Notes: generated by a model not told the origin, from the letters alone. A stretch of 63,887 bases of DNA, filler included, from Ferroacidibacillus organovorans (GCF_001642725.1; 3 parts of 3 records of this genome joined end to end with filler, not necessarily neighbours in it), one strand, 5' to 3'; shown: positions 11,297 through 23,279, counted from the first letter of the whole stretch. Numbers and translations are program-made.

Positions 11297-12034
11297 TTAC
11301 GAGTGGCTGGACGTGTTATAGACAGACCCTGTGACAGAGGTAGTACTGTTTGCCTGCAATTGAGAGATTGAAGACTGTAAGCGACTCTCAAATTGACTGA
11401 AATCACGTTGAGTCTTGGCTGCTTGACGATCCAGTTTTTTGGTGGCCTTCTCTAATTGGTGCAGCGTTTCCTTAGAGACATTCGTTACAGTCGAATCTCT
11501 TGCGACAAGGGATGTCAGCCGTTCCGCGTCGCTCTTGAATTTTTGGAGATCCTTTGCTTCGTTACGGGTGATTTCGCGGAGTATCTCTGAAAGATGACGT
11601 TCCAAGGAAGACGGCTTTTTGCTATTTTCCTGTTTGTGATCGTGGGAGAGCGTCTCTTTCATTCGCTCAATTGTTTTTTGCATCGTGGCGAGCTCATTTT
11701 TAATTTCCTGGAGTGTCGTGGCGCTTTTCAAATTCGCCATCTCTTTTTCCAAGGTTGTCGTGTCGATCTGTGCGGGTAGGGGAAGGGCAGTTATTCCGGA
11801 TAATGTTCCATTTGCGCTGGCCGTCGTCGCCAGCGTAATGGACGTTTTTGCTTGCGCGATGAGACTGTCGAGGGATTGGCGAGATGAATCTACAGTGGTT
11901 TGGTCTGTCGTCAAAGCAGTTTGTGCGGAAGCGAGCGCCTGCACGTCACTTACCGTGTGGTGTGTGTCTGCAAATGCAGGCAACGTGGTAGTGAGCAAGA
12001 ATGCAGAAGTCGTTAAAAGAATCAATCGTTTCAT
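11297..12034 (-). CDS. Secreted helical/coiled-coil hypothetical protein
   Basis: AGGAGG RBS; Sec signal MKRLILLTTSAFLLTTTLPAFA-D; heptad-like body; C-terminal SVTGSVY. Confidence 0.8.
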   Translation of the reverse strand: MKRLILLTTSAFLLTTTLPAFADTHHTVSDVQALASAQTALTTDQTTVDSSRQSLDSLIAQAKTSITLATTASANGTLSGITALPLPAQIDTTTLEKEMANLKSATTLQEIKNELATMQKTIERMKETLSHDHKQENSKKPSSLERHLSEILREITRNEAKDLQKFKSDAERLTSLVARDSTVTNVSKETLHQLEKATKKLDRQAAKTQRDFSQFESRLQSSISQLQANSTTSVTGSVYNTSSHS

Positions 12035-12077
12035 CGGAATTCCTCCTGGCATCATTTTGCCCATCGGGGGAGAGCGA

Positions 12078-12165
12078 TGGCAACTGGCTGGCTTGAGGCA
12101 AGTAGAATCTCTGCCTGTTAGCCCCTTTAGCTTTGCGTCACGCGTTTTCACGCATTTTGCCTTAA
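12078..12165 (-). promoter_or_regulatory. Cyclic di-GMP-I (GEMM) riboswitch
   Basis: Minus strand AGGCAAAATGCGTGAAAACGCGTGACGCAAAGCTAAAGGGGCTAA...GCCAGCCAGTTGCC matches the GGCAAA / GAAA / GACGCAAAGC / CTAA / CAGCCAGTTGCC consensus. Confidence 0.9.
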
Positions 12166-12214
12166 TAGGACTATACCATAGTTTTACAGTTTGTCCAGCC
12201 CTCTAGAATTCAAA

Positions 12215-13075
12215 TTATGTAAAAAGAATGGTTTTGTTGTTGTGCACGAGAATGCGATCTTCTGCATGCCATTTTACGGCGCGCGCAAGCACGTTTTTTT
12301 CGATGAGCCTACCGATCTTTTTGAGTGATGGAACATCATCGCTGTGTTTGACACGCGTGATATCCTGCTCGATGATTGGACCTGCGTCTAGTTCATCTGT
12401 GACATAATGTGCTGTCGCGCCAATAATTTTCACACCTCGATCATAAGCGCGTTCGTAAGGGCGAGCGCCACTAAAAGCAGGTAAAAAGGAGTGATGAATG
12501 TTAATGATTTGATTAGGATAGTGCTCTATCATTTGAGGTGAAAGAATCTGCATGTAGCGCGCGAGTACGATGAGATCGACACGTGATTCGAGGAGGCGGA
12601 GTTGCGCGTTTTCAGCGTCTATCTTCGTGTCTTTTGTGATGGGTATATAATGAAAGGGGATAGAAAACTCATGCGCTGTTTTTTTATAGAGATCGTGATT
12701 GCTGATGATCATCGCAATGTCGACAGGTAGCATATGGGTTCGCTGTTGCCAAAGAAGTTCCATAAGGCAGTGATCTTCTCGCGAAACGAAGATGGCGACA
12801 CGCAGTCGTTGATTCGGATCGGTGAGGCGGTAGGTCATTCCTGAAGAAGTTTTAAGCTTGAGGAGATGGCAATTCAAATCAGTCAGTGCATGCGCCCCGT
12901 GATGGTCAAATGCGATGCGCATAAAAAACATTCCGTCCGTTGGATTTGTACTGAATTGCGCTGATTCAGTGATATTTGCGCCGATTTGATAGAGCGCGGA
13001 AGAGACGTTTGCGACGATGCCGGGCTGATCCTTGCAACTCACGAGAAGGCGGGCTTTTTCGTTGTACTGTCGCAT
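12215..13075 (-). CDS. purU: Formyltetrahydrofolate deformylase
   Basis: ACT domain SCKDQPGIV, VLARYMQILS, NIHHSFLPAF, DAGPIIEQ; exact start uncertain. Confidence 0.95.
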   Translation of the reverse strand: MRQYNEKARLLVSCKDQPGIVANVSSALYQIGANITESAQFSTNPTDGMFFMRIAFDHHGAHALTDLNCHLLKLKTSSGMTYRLTDPNQRLRVAIFVSREDHCLMELLWQQRTHMLPVDIAMIISNHDLYKKTAHEFSIPFHYIPITKDTKIDAENAQLRLLESRVDLIVLARYMQILSPQMIEHYPNQIINIHHSFLPAFSGARPYERAYDRGVKIIGATAHYVTDELDAGPIIEQDITRVKHSDDVPSLKKIGRLIEKNVLARAVKWHAEDRILVHNNKTILFT

Positions 13076-13200
13076 GGGATTTTGCATTCCTTTTTGGGAA
13101 TAGTTTACCATAAAAGGAACCGTTCACGAAAAGATCGGATGCGTTGACGTAGTTTACATCCGATGTGTACAATAAACGATAGTAAATAGGCGAAGGACGG

Positions 13201-13641
13201 TTGCTGGTGACCTTTCAAGAGGAAAGCAACGTTTTTGAGATTGAGCGGTTACTGCGAGCGATCGCGGGAACGGTTCGCAAAAAAGGACGATCGATTCTCG
13301 TTAACTTTGATATCACAATTCCTCAGTTCGACGCGTTGGTTTACGCGTTTGAATCCGGAAATGTAACGATTGGCGATCTTAGTGCAAAACTTGGTCTCGC
13401 GTACTCTACAACGACTGATCTGGTGGACCGCTTGGCGCTTCGGGGATATGTGGTGCGAGTGCGCGATGATGAAGACAAGCGCGTTGTGAGGGTGCGGGTT
13501 CAAGAGGCGGGACAGCGATTAATCGATGAAGTGCTGCGTGCGCGGCGCGCGTATTTATCAGGTGTCCTTGAGAAGCTGGCAGACACGGAACAACTTCATT
13601 TGAAGTCAGTACTCCAATTATTAGAGCGGCACCTCATCTAG
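13201..13641 (+). CDS. MarR family regulator (YsmB-like position)
   Basis: ITIPQFDAL, YSTTTDLVDRL, DKRVVRV winged helix. Confidence 0.9.
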   Translation: MLVTFQEESNVFEIERLLRAIAGTVRKKGRSILVNFDITIPQFDALVYAFESGNVTIGDLSAKLGLAYSTTTDLVDRLALRGYVVRVRDDEDKRVVRVRVQEAGQRLIDEVLRARRAYLSGVLEKLADTEQLHLKSVLQLLERHLI

Positions 13642-13707
13642 CGGCGCCTTTGCAGGGGCCGTTTTTTTATGTGAACATACGATGGGGTATGATGACGAGG
13701 TGAGAGA

Positions 13708-14538
13708 ATGCGCAATCAACCGATCGGTGTTATGGATTCGGGCGTGGGCGGAATGACCGTGGTTGCAGAGCTATTTCGCCAATTGCCCCGCGAATCCATT
13801 CTCTTTTATGGTGACTCTGCACGTTGTCCTTATGGCAATCGACCCGCAGAGGAAATTCGCGCATTCACATTCGAGGCGCTTGATTATCTCGTTTTGCAAG
13901 GTGTCAAGATGTTGGTGATCGCGTGTAACACCGCCACGGCGATCTGCCTGAGCGAAGCGCGCGAACGGTATGCCATCCCGGTGATTGGCGTCATATCGCC
14001 GGGCGCCCGCGCAGCGATTGCCGCAACGACATCCCATCGCATTGGTGTGATTGGAACGCGCGCAACGATTGAATCGGATCGGTATGCGCGAGCACTTCAG
14101 ATGATTCATCCGGATTTATTTGTTGCGAGTCACGCTTGCCCGCGATTTGTAGATCTGGTAGAGTCGGGCCGCTTTGATGACCCGGCGATTCTTGATGAGA
14201 TTGAAAAAGAGCTTTTGCCACTCCAATCGCGCGAGATCGATACATTAATCCTAGGATGCACACACTATCCCTTGCTTGCAGATGCGATCTCTGTTGTGAT
14301 GGGGGAAAGGGTGACACTGATTAACTCTGCCGAAGAAACGGCGCGTGATGTCAGTCACTGGCTTTCTGAAGAAAATCTCATGAGGGAAGAAGGGCATCCT
14401 CCCACACACGTGTTTTTGACATCGGGAGAGATTGAACCTTTCAGGGAGATTGCGCTTCGCTGGCTTGGCTTTTCACCCTTCGTCTCACAGGTGCGTGTTT
14501 GGGAGCAGAGCTGCTTTGATTCGCCGCGCGTGAGGTAA
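13708..14538 (+). CDS. murI: Glutamate racemase
   Basis: DSGVGG, PYG, IACNTAT, LGCTHYP. Confidence 0.97.
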   Translation: MRNQPIGVMDSGVGGMTVVAELFRQLPRESILFYGDSARCPYGNRPAEEIRAFTFEALDYLVLQGVKMLVIACNTATAICLSEARERYAIPVIGVISPGARAAIAATTSHRIGVIGTRATIESDRYARALQMIHPDLFVASHACPRFVDLVESGRFDDPAILDEIEKELLPLQSREIDTLILGCTHYPLLADAISVVMGERVTLINSAEETARDVSHWLSEENLMREEGHPPTHVFLTSGEIEPFREIALRWLGFSPFVSQVRVWEQSCFDSPRVR

Positions 14539-14576
14539 GTGCAATTTGCTGTTTGAGTTAATGTCCTGGAGGTTTA

Positions 14577-15332
14577 TTGATGCGAGTTGACGGACGTCAC
14601 GCAGATGAATTGAGACCGATTACGATAACGAAACATTTTATTAAACACGCGGAAGGTTCTGTGTTGATGGAAACGGGTGACACCAAGGTCATCTGCACCG
14701 TCTCGGTGGAAGATAAGGTGCCGCCATTTTTACGAGGACAAGGCCAAGGTTGGGTCACGGCGGAGTATGCAATGATACCACGCGCAACGGATACACGCAC
14801 ACAGCGCGAGGCGCAAAAGGGCAAACTGACGGGTCGCACCATGGAGATTCAGCGCCTTATTGGTCGTTCACTGCGGGCAGTCATCGATTTAAAGGATCTT
14901 GGAGAGCGCACGCTCTGGATTGACTGCGACGTGATTCAAGCGGACGGTGGGACGCGTACAGCTGCGATTACCGGATCTTTTGTCGCGGTTGTCGAGGCGC
15001 TCGCGACACTAAAGCAGCGCGGGGTACTCAAAAAATTCCCTGTGAAAGATTATTTAGCGGCGACCAGTGTGGGCATCCTTGACGGCAACGTGGCGCTAGA
15101 TCTGTGTTACGCGGAAGATTCTAAGGCGGAAGTCGACTGCAATGTGGTTATGACAGGTCGTAGAGATCTTGTCGAGGTACAAGGTACGGGTGAATCGGCT
15201 GTCTTTTCGCGTGCGCAGCTATCTGAGATGCTCGATGTTGCAGAGCGTGGTATCGCAAACCTCGTCGAGCAACAAAAGCTTGTTTTTGGGGAGTGGAATG
15301 GTTGGATTGCGGCGGCGGGCGCCTTAAAATGA
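14577..15332 (+). CDS. rph: Ribonuclease PH
   Basis: [29 protein letters not shown]. Confidence 0.98.
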   Translation: MMRVDGRHADELRPITITKHFIKHAEGSVLMETGDTKVICTVSVEDKVPPFLRGQGQGWVTAEYAMIPRATDTRTQREAQKGKLTGRTMEIQRLIGRSLRAVIDLKDLGERTLWIDCDVIQADGGTRTAAITGSFVAVVEALATLKQRGVLKKFPVKDYLAATSVGILDGNVALDLCYAEDSKAEVDCNVVMTGRRDLVEVQGTGESAVFSRAQLSEMLDVAERGIANLVEQQKLVFGEWNGWIAAAGALK

Positions 15333-15931
15333 CGCGTACTGCAATTTTACTAGCGACAACCAATGAGGGGAAGCGCGCGGAATTCGCCGACTTGTTGGCG
15401 CATTCTTTCGCGCGTGTTGATGCATTGCCGCATGCGTTTGTGATGCCAGAAGAAACAGGTGTAACTTTTTTGGAAAACGCGCGCATCAAGGCGCATGCCG
15501 TTGCGCGTGCAACGGGACGTGTGACGCTTGCGGATGATTCGGGCTTGGTCATTGACGCGCTCGGAGGAGAACCGGGCGTCCGCTCGGCGCGCTATGCGGG
15601 TGAGCGGGCAACGGATGAAGCGAATCGAACGCTTGTTTTGGAGCGAATGAAAGCTATACCGCGCAATGAGCGGACGGCTCGCTTTGTGTGCGCGCTTGTG
15701 CTCGTCGATCCGGATGGGCAAACGATTGAAGCGCAGGGAGAATGTTTCGGGATGATTCTTGACCGTCCGAAAGGGGTGCAAGGATTCGGTTACGATTCGC
15801 TCTTTTTTGTTCCAGAGTGGGAGAAAACATTTGCCGAAGTTTCGCGAGAAGAGAAGGCGAGGATGAGCCATCGCGCCCGCGCGTTGCAATCGCTTATCGA
15901 CAAGCTGGGGGAGCGTATGACGCGATTTTAA
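15329..15931 (+). CDS. rdgB: dITP/XTP pyrophosphatase (HAM1)
   Basis: [33 protein letters not shown] overlap with rph. Confidence 0.95.
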   Translation: MTRTAILLATTNEGKRAEFADLLAHSFARVDALPHAFVMPEETGVTFLENARIKAHAVARATGRVTLADDSGLVIDALGGEPGVRSARYAGERATDEANRTLVLERMKAIPRNERTARFVCALVLVDPDGQTIEAQGECFGMILDRPKGVQGFGYDSLFFVPEWEKTFAEVSREEKARMSHRARALQSLIDKLGERMTRF

Positions 15932-16086
15932 AATGAGTGTCTCATTTGCCAAAGTGGGGAGCCGCACCTTATAATAGTTCGGTATATGCAGACGAAGAAG
16001 CGTATGTTTTTAGGGAATGCGAAGCGCGGCGTCAACTTACATAGAGAAGGCGCGCGATCTGCGCCTTAGATACGGTATGGAGGTTT

Positions 16087-17382
16087 ATGGAAATGGCAAA
16101 GTGGGAAAAGACAGCAGTGAATGTTGGCGTTCTTGAAATTGAGGTCGATGAGTCGCGAGTCGCAGAAGCGCTTGAGCGCGCATTTAAAAAAGTGGTACGG
16201 GACGTAAACGTTCCTGGTTTTCGCAAAGGCAAAGTGCCTCGCAAAATTTTCGAACGCCGCTTTGGCGTTGAGAGTCTTTATCAGGAAGCGCTCGATCTCC
16301 TTCTTCCCGAGGCGTATTCAGAGGCTGTGCTCGAGCAGGAGATTGACCCGGTTGATCGTCCGCAGATTGACATCACGCAAATGGAAGCGGGAAAACCGCT
16401 CCTGTTTAAAGCCACTGTAACGGTGCGTCCGGAAGTTACACTCGGAGAATACAAAGGCATTTCATACGAAGACAAATCGACTGAGGTAACTGATGAAGAA
16501 ATCGCAGAAGAACTTGCGACGATTCAAAAGTCACACGCCGAACTTCGAAATATTGAAGACGGGCAAATTGAAGATGGCGATAGCGTCACGATTGACTTTC
16601 GCGGCACGGTCGAGGGTGAGTTATTTGAAGGCGGAGAAGCTGAGAACTACCAACTGGAGATCGGTTCCAAAACGTTTGTCCCGGGGTTTGAAGAGCAACT
16701 GATCGGACTCGCTCTCGGACAGGAGCGCGACATTGAGATCACATTCCCGGAAGACTACCACGTCAAATCGCTCGCCGGACAAAAAGCGATCTTTCATGTG
16801 AAACTTCACGAGATCAAGCGCCGCGTCTTGCCGGAACTTGACGACGAGTTTGCAAAAGATGTCAGCGAGTTTGAGACGTTCGAAGAGTATAAGAAGTCGG
16901 TTGTTGAGAACCTGGAGCACCAACGCGCACACGAGCGCGAACATGAGATCGAGAATGAGATCATTGAAAAAGTTGTGGCGGGCGCTACGCTCGAAGTTCC
17001 TGATGTCATGGTCGAACAGGAAATTGACGCGCAACTGAATGAGTTTGGGCAACGTCTCGCCCAACAGGGAATTCCGCTTGACGCGTACAAAGAATTTACG
17101 GGCGCGACGACGGAAGAGTTGCGCCAACAATTCAGGGAAGATGCAATCCGTCGCGTAAAGACGTCGCTCGTAATTGAAGCAGTTGCCAAGGCGGAGGCGC
17201 TGGAAGTTTCCGATGAAGCGGTGGATCTTGAACTGCAAAAGTTGGCTGACTCATCAGGACTGCCATTTGACCGCGTAAAGGAAATTTTCCTCACGCGCGA
17301 CCCTGGGTTCATCAGCCTGCGCGCCGACTTGCAAATGAAAGCCGCGATTCGCCTCCTCGTCGAACATGGCGTCAAGGCGTAA
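16087..17382 (+). CDS. tig: Trigger factor
   Basis: PGFRKGKVP signature and FKBP domain FVPGFEEQLIG. Confidence 0.98.
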   Translation: MEMAKWEKTAVNVGVLEIEVDESRVAEALERAFKKVVRDVNVPGFRKGKVPRKIFERRFGVESLYQEALDLLLPEAYSEAVLEQEIDPVDRPQIDITQMEAGKPLLFKATVTVRPEVTLGEYKGISYEDKSTEVTDEEIAEELATIQKSHAELRNIEDGQIEDGDSVTIDFRGTVEGELFEGGEAENYQLEIGSKTFVPGFEEQLIGLALGQERDIEITFPEDYHVKSLAGQKAIFHVKLHEIKRRVLPELDDEFAKDVSEFETFEEYKKSVVENLEHQRAHEREHEIENEIIEKVVAGATLEVPDVMVEQEIDAQLNEFGQRLAQQGIPLDAYKEFTGATTEELRQQFREDAIRRVKTSLVIEAVAKAEALEVSDEAVDLELQKLADSSGLPFDRVKEIFLTRDPGFISLRADLQMKAAIRLLVEHGVKA

Positions 17383-17475
17383 AATTGTGTAGAATAAAGA
17401 AGATGTCGAAGGGTGAAGCTTCTTTAAGCACAGCCCTATTTGACAAGATCCATCAGTCGGGAAACTGGAGGTCAT

Positions 17476-18069
17476 ATGATGAACCTTGTACCTATGGTCA
17501 TTGAACAGACCAACCGCGGCGAGCGTGCGTACGATATTTATTCGAGACTCTTGAAGGATCGAATTATTTTTATCGGCACGCCGATTGACGACTTTGTCGC
17601 GAACTCTGTCGTTGCGCAGTTGCTCTTCTTGGCCTCTGAAGATTCCGACAAGGATATCAGTATCTACATCAACAGTCCAGGCGGATCTGTGACGGCGGGG
17701 ATGGCGATTTTTGACACCATGCAATATATTAAGCCGGATGTATCGACCATTTGCGTCGGACTTGCGGCGAGCATGGGGTCGCTGTTGTTGACGGCGGGCG
17801 CCAAAGGGAAACGGTTTGCACTCCCCAATAGCGAGATCATGATTCATCAACCGCTGGGTGGCGTGCGCGGGCAGGCTTCAGACATTAAAATCCATGCCGA
17901 GTGGATCCTCAAAACAAGAAACAAATTGAACCTTATCTATGCTGAACGAACAGGACAACCTCTGTCGCAGATTGAACTTGATACGGATCGCGACAATTGG
18001 ATGAGTGCAGAAGAGGCTAAAGCGTACGGGCTCATCGATGAGGTGGTCTTGCGTCCGAACGCAAGATAG
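17476..18069 (+). CDS. clpP: Clp protease proteolytic subunit
   Basis: [30 protein letters not shown]. Confidence 0.98.
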   Translation: MMNLVPMVIEQTNRGERAYDIYSRLLKDRIIFIGTPIDDFVANSVVAQLLFLASEDSDKDISIYINSPGGSVTAGMAIFDTMQYIKPDVSTICVGLAASMGSLLLTAGAKGKRFALPNSEIMIHQPLGGVRGQASDIKIHAEWILKTRNKLNLIYAERTGQPLSQIELDTDRDNWMSAEEAKAYGLIDEVVLRPNAR

Positions 18070-18080
18070 GGGGGAAAGGC

Positions 18081-19361
18081 GTGTTTAAATTTAACGACGA
18101 CAAGGGTCAACTCAAATGCTCGTTCTGTGGAAAAACGCAAGATCAGGTGCGCAAGTTGGTTGCTGGACCTGGTGTGTATATCTGTGATGAATGCATCGAG
18201 TTGTGCAATGAGATCGTCGAAGAGGAACTGGGCGACGAAGAAGAGTTTGAACTCAAGGATGTGCCAAAGCCCGTCGAGATTAAATCGATTCTTGACTCGT
18301 ATGTGATCGGTCAGGAACGCGCAAAAAAATCGCTGGCTGTGGCTGTTTACAATCACTACAAACGGATTAACACGGGATCAAAAAATGAAGATGTGGAATT
18401 GTCCAAGAGCAACATTCTTCTGATTGGGCCTACTGGATCTGGAAAAACACTTCTCGCACAGACGCTTGCGCGAATTTTAAACGTACCTTTTGCAATAGCG
18501 GATGCCACGTCGCTTACAGAAGCAGGCTATGTGGGCGAGGACGTTGAGAACATTCTCTTAAAGCTGATTCAAGCGGCTGACTACGATGTTGAGAAGGCAG
18601 AACGCGGTATCATCTATATCGATGAGATTGATAAAATCGCTAGAAAGAGCGAAAATCCATCGATCACGCGGGATGTCTCAGGAGAGGGTGTTCAACAAGC
18701 TCTCCTCAAAATTCTCGAAGGTACGGTTGCGAGCGTTCCGCCTCAAGGTGGACGCAAGCATCCGCATCAAGAGTTTATTCAAATCGACACAAGCAATGTC
18801 TTGTTTATCTGCGGAGGCGCGTTTGATGGCATGGATGCGCTGATCAAACGAAGATTGGGCAAAAAAGTGATCGGGTTTGGAACGTCGGAAGAATCGCGCC
18901 AAGCGGTGGCTGATAAGGCGGTTTTGTCAAAGGTCTTGCCTGAAGATCTTTTGAAATTCGGCTTGATTCCAGAATTCGTCGGCCGTCTGCCTGTCATTAC
19001 GACGCTTGAAGCGCTCGATGAGGCGGCACTTAAACAAATTTTGACCGAACCGAAAAATGCTCTCGTGAAACAGTATCAGCGTTTGCTTGATATGGATTCC
19101 GTCGAGCTTGAATTCTCGGATGAGGCGTTATCTGAGATTGCGATTGAGGCAATCAAACGGAATACGGGCGCGCGCGGTTTGCGTGCGATCATCGAAGGAA
19201 TCATGCTTGATGTGATGTACGATCTGCCGACGCGTACAGATGTGAAAAAATGCATCGTAACGCGTGACACGGTGGTCCAGCGCGAAGAACCGATTCTCGT
19301 GCTTGATTCGGGGCCGGTGACCGACAAGAGCAAGAAGAAGAAAAAAGAAGAGACTGCATAG
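18081..19361 (+). CDS. clpX: Clp protease ATP-binding subunit
   Basis: CSFCGK zinc finger, [18 protein letters not shown]. Confidence 0.98.
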   Translation: MFKFNDDKGQLKCSFCGKTQDQVRKLVAGPGVYICDECIELCNEIVEEELGDEEEFELKDVPKPVEIKSILDSYVIGQERAKKSLAVAVYNHYKRINTGSKNEDVELSKSNILLIGPTGSGKTLLAQTLARILNVPFAIADATSLTEAGYVGEDVENILLKLIQAADYDVEKAERGIIYIDEIDKIARKSENPSITRDVSGEGVQQALLKILEGTVASVPPQGGRKHPHQEFIQIDTSNVLFICGGAFDGMDALIKRRLGKKVIGFGTSEESRQAVADKAVLSKVLPEDLLKFGLIPEFVGRLPVITTLEALDEAALKQILTEPKNALVKQYQRLLDMDSVELEFSDEALSEIAIEAIKRNTGARGLRAIIEGIMLDVMYDLPTRTDVKKCIVTRDTVVQREEPILVLDSGPVTDKSKKKKKEETA

Positions 19362-19391
19362 CGGTTATTTCTTTAAATGTGTGTCGCAATC

Positions 19392-19414
19392 GTCCGCCTT
19401 TGGCGGACTTTTTT
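19392..19414 (+). terminator. clpX terminator
   Basis: GTCCGCC-TTT-GGCGGAC plus T tract. Confidence 0.8.
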
Positions 19415-19505
19415 GTTTATTTCGGCCTTCTCGTGGCAAGAATGAGGATGGACAGGGTGTGCAAGAAGGCACAATTCACCACCTGACGAGGCGAGGAGGA
19501 CACGG

Positions 19506-21200
19506 ATGAATACGACCATGATGATACTTGCGATCGTGCAGGTACTTTTTGCGGGGATTGTAGGGATGTATTTTTTTAATCAATTGCGCGTGCAACAAAG
19601 CCACCGCGTTACGATTGATCGCGAATCAACGAGAGAATTAGAGAAACTTCGCAAAATGCGTGCGATTGCACTCACAGAACCTTTAGCGGAGCGCGCGCGG
19701 CCGAATTCGCTCCACGATTTGGTGGGACAGGCGGATGGTATTCGCGCATTGCGCGCTGCGCTCTGTGGCCCTAATCCACAGCACGTTCTGATTTATGGAC
19801 CGCCAGGTGTGGGTAAGACGGCTGCGGCACGCGTTGTATTAGAAGAGGCGAAACGCACACCCGGTTCTCCGTTTGAAATGGATGCCGTTTTCTTTGAAAT
19901 CGATGCGACGACAGCGAGATTCGATGAACGCGGCATTGCTGATCCGTTGATCGGCTCTGTTCACGATCCGATCTATCAGGGAGCAGGGGCGATGGGGATC
20001 GCTGGTATTCCGCAACCGAAATCCGGGGCGGTCTCGAAAGCGCACGGCGGTGTTCTGTTTATTGATGAGATTGGCGAACTCCACCCAATACAGATGAACA
20101 AATTGCTTAAAGTTCTTGAGGATCGTCGAGTGAATTTTGAGAGTGTCTACTATAGTCCGGATGATCAAAACATCCCGCTCCACATTCACGATATGTTTCA
20201 AAATGGGCTTCCCGCCGATTTTCGTATGGTGGGTGCGACGACGCGCAGTCCGCAGGAAATTCCTCCGGCGATTCGCTCGCGCTGCCTCGAAGTCTTCTTT
20301 CAACCGCTCACCAAAGATGAGGTGCACATCATTGTCAGGCGTGGCGCAATGAAAATTCCCCTTGAGATGGAAGACGAAGCGATCGATGTCGTGACACGTC
20401 ACGCGACGAATGGTCGCGAAGCGATCAACATGGTGCAACTCGCGGCAGGTGCTGTTTTGACGGAGAAACGGTCGGTAATCACTGTAGAAGATATCGAGTG
20501 GGTCGTTCACTCGAGTCAACTTCCACCGCGCCCTGAGCGAAAAATTCCGAAGGAACCGCAAGTTGGAACGGTTAACGGATTGGCCGTATTTGGTCCTACG
20601 TCTGGCGTCCTTTTGGAAGTTGAAGCCACGGCGACCAACGCGACGCACAAAGGGCGTGGCACGCTTTCGGTGACGGGTGTCGTCGACGAAGAAGAACTGG
20701 GTGGTGGCGGACGCGTCATGCGGCGGCAGAGCATGGCTCGCTCATCGATTGACAATGTGCGAACAGCGCTTCGAAAAATCTTGCCGGTGGCTCTTTCAGA
20801 CTATGATGTACATGTGAATTTCCCTGGAGGCGTCCCTGTGGATGGCCCATCGGCAGGTGTTACGATGGCCGTTGCCATTTATAGCGCGATCACGGGTATT
20901 CCGGTAGACAATACGGTCGCTATGACGGGAGAGGTGACCCTCCACGGCGCGGTGCGCCCTGTAGGGGGCGTAATTGCAAAGGTTGAGGCAGCGAGACAGA
21001 GTGGCGTCAAAAAGGTTTTGATTCCGCGCGAGAATGACCAGGCGCGTCTTCACGCAGAGGATATCGAAGTGATTCCTGTAGATACGGTCGCAGATGCACT
21101 GATTCACGCACTGTACCAATCGGGGACATCCGGACTTCGAGCGACGACGGGAAGTGCCCGCACATCATTCCCTGCCGGCGGCGCGTCGGCTCACCTATAA
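19506..21200 (+). CDS. lonB: Sporulation ATP-dependent protease LonB
   Basis: N-terminal TM, LCGPNPQHV, GPPGVGKT, DGPSAG; between clpX and lonA. Confidence 0.95.
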   Translation: MNTTMMILAIVQVLFAGIVGMYFFNQLRVQQSHRVTIDRESTRELEKLRKMRAIALTEPLAERARPNSLHDLVGQADGIRALRAALCGPNPQHVLIYGPPGVGKTAAARVVLEEAKRTPGSPFEMDAVFFEIDATTARFDERGIADPLIGSVHDPIYQGAGAMGIAGIPQPKSGAVSKAHGGVLFIDEIGELHPIQMNKLLKVLEDRRVNFESVYYSPDDQNIPLHIHDMFQNGLPADFRMVGATTRSPQEIPPAIRSRCLEVFFQPLTKDEVHIIVRRGAMKIPLEMEDEAIDVVTRHATNGREAINMVQLAAGAVLTEKRSVITVEDIEWVVHSSQLPPRPERKIPKEPQVGTVNGLAVFGPTSGVLLEVEATATNATHKGRGTLSVTGVVDEEELGGGGRVMRRQSMARSSIDNVRTALRKILPVALSDYDVHVNFPGGVPVDGPSAGVTMAVAIYSAITGIPVDNTVAMTGEVTLHGAVRPVGGVIAKVEAARQSGVKKVLIPRENDQARLHAEDIEVIPVDTVADALIHALYQSGTSGLRATTGSARTSFPAGGASAHL

Positions 21201-21338
21201 TCTGGTAACTTGGTTCCGAAATTGCATGGAGATGGACAGTCTACTGGCGACTGTCCATCTCTTTTCCATATGTGCAGTTAGACTTTCGAGAAATCATTCG
21301 ATACAATGCTCAGTGACACTGACCTAGGAGTGAACCAG

Positions 21339-23179
21339 ATGGCGAGTGCAGACGACACGGACGAACGCATCGTTCCACTTCTTCCGTTGCGAGGACTCTT
21401 GGTGTTTCCTGCCATGGTATTGCACCTCGACGTAGGACGAGAGCGATCGGTACGGGCGCTTGATCGCGCGATGGTAGAGGATCACACCCTCTTGTTGGCA
21501 ACCCAAAGGGATTCACAAGAAGATGAGCCGGACGCAGATGGCATCTTTAGCATTGGCACACTGGCACGCATCAAGCAGATGATCAAATTGCCAAACGGCA
21601 CGATTCGCGTGCTCGTGGAAGGCATCAAACGCGCAGAGATTCTTTCTTTTGAGAATACGGATGATCTATTTCGCGTACAGGTGCGCGAGATGGATGAGGA
21701 AACCGTCCGGACGCCTGAGATTGACGCGCTCGTGCGTGCGCTCTCCCAACAGTTTGAACAGTATCTGAAAATATCTAAAAAACATTCTCCAGAAATTCAC
21801 GCAGCCGTCGCTGATCTCGAAGATCCTGGGAGAATGGCGGATGCGATCGCTGCAAACTTATCACTCAAGATTCGTGACAAGCAGTCGATTCTTGAGGCAA
21901 CGGATGTGAAGGTGCGCATCGAGCTGCTCCTTCAGATTTTGTCGGATGAGCGTGAAATTCTCGAATTGGAAAAGAAGATTGGTCAGCGCGTGCGCAAACA
22001 GATGGAGCGCACTCAAAAAGAGTACTATTTGCGCGAACAGATGAAGGCGATTCAAAAGGAACTCGGTGAAAAAGAAGGACGCACGGGTGAGGTTGAAGAG
22101 CTACGCGATCAGTTGGCCGCGCTACAATTGCCTGAAGCGGTTCTCGAGCGCGTTGAGAAGGAACTGGACCGTTTGGAACGCATTCCACCTTCGTCCGCCG
22201 AGGGCTCTGTCGTAAGGACGTATGTGGATTGGCTCTTAGGCATCCCGTGGACGAATGAGACGCCATCTGACATTGATATTCGTCACGCGCAAAAGGTGTT
22301 GGATGAGGATCACTATGGGCTTGAGAAGGTCAAGGAGCGCATCATTGAGTATCTCGCCGTAAAAAAACTGGTCGAGGTGCATCGCGGACCCATTCTTTGT
22401 CTCGTCGGGCCACCTGGTGTTGGGAAAACGTCGCTCGCCAAATCGGTTGCGCGCGCGCTCGGACGCAAATTTGTGCGCATCTCTCTCGGCGGTGTTCGCG
22501 ACGAGGCGGAGATTCGCGGTCATCGACGTACATACATAGGCGCACTTCCGGGACGCTTGATTCAGGGCATGAAGACAGCGAGCGTTAAGAACCCGGTGTT
22601 CTTGTTGGATGAGATCGACAAAATGGCGAGTGATTTTCGGGGTGATCCGGCGTCTGCCATGCTGGAAGTGCTCGACCCTGAACAAAACAGCACGTTTAGC
22701 GATCACTACATAGAGCTTCCTTATGACCTTTCAGATGTCATGTTCATTACGACCGCCAATGGTGTACACGGGATTCCCCAGCCGCTTCTTGACCGCATGG
22801 AAACGATTTATGTGTCGGGGTATACAGAGGTCGAGAAACTGCGTATTGCGATGGATTATTTGTTGCCAAAACAGCGCAAAGCGCATGGACTTACAAAGGA
22901 TCGACTCGCAGTGAGCGAAGAAACGATGATGAAATTGATTCGCGAGTACACGCGGGAGGCGGGCGTGCGCAACCTTGAACGGCAAATTGCGGCGCTCTGT
23001 CGCAAAGCGACAAAAATAATTGTCTCGGGAGACAAAAAACGGGTTGTCGTCTCAGTAAAGACACTCCCAACCTATCTTGGGCCTGCGCGGTTTCGCTACG
23101 GAATGGCAGAAACTCAAGATCAGATTGGTGTAGCGACCGGGTTGGCGTGGACTGAGGCGGGTGGGGATACGCTCGCCAT
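21339..23179 (+). CDS. lon: Lon protease (3'-truncated by contig end)
   Basis: PLLPLRG, QKEYYLREQMKAI, GPPGVGKTS, GLAWT. Confidence 0.97.
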
Positions 23180-23279
23180 NNNNNNNNNNNNNNNNNNNNN
23201 NNNNNNNNNNNNNNNNNNNNNNNTTAATTAATTAANNNNNNNNNNNNNNNNNNNNNNNNNNNNNNNNNNNNNNNNNNNN
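23180..23279. other. Artificial contig linker
   Basis: N runs flanking TTAATTAATTAA (stops in all six frames). Confidence 0.97.

Noticed and set aside
15932..16086. Possible tRNA between rdgB and tig
   Set aside because: No cloverleaf or T-loop motif visible
16621..17375. Long antisense ORFs over tig (and similar ones over thiC, cbiA, lonB, ABC genes and the FtsA-like gene)
   Set aside because: Shadow frames of conserved genes in moderately GC-rich DNA
21339..23179. lon lacking its protease domain
   Set aside because: Truncated by contig end, not a pseudogene
23180..23279. TTAATTAATTAA palindrome in N runs (also 45698-45797)
   Set aside because: Artificial six-frame-stop linker; adjacency across it carries no biological meaning
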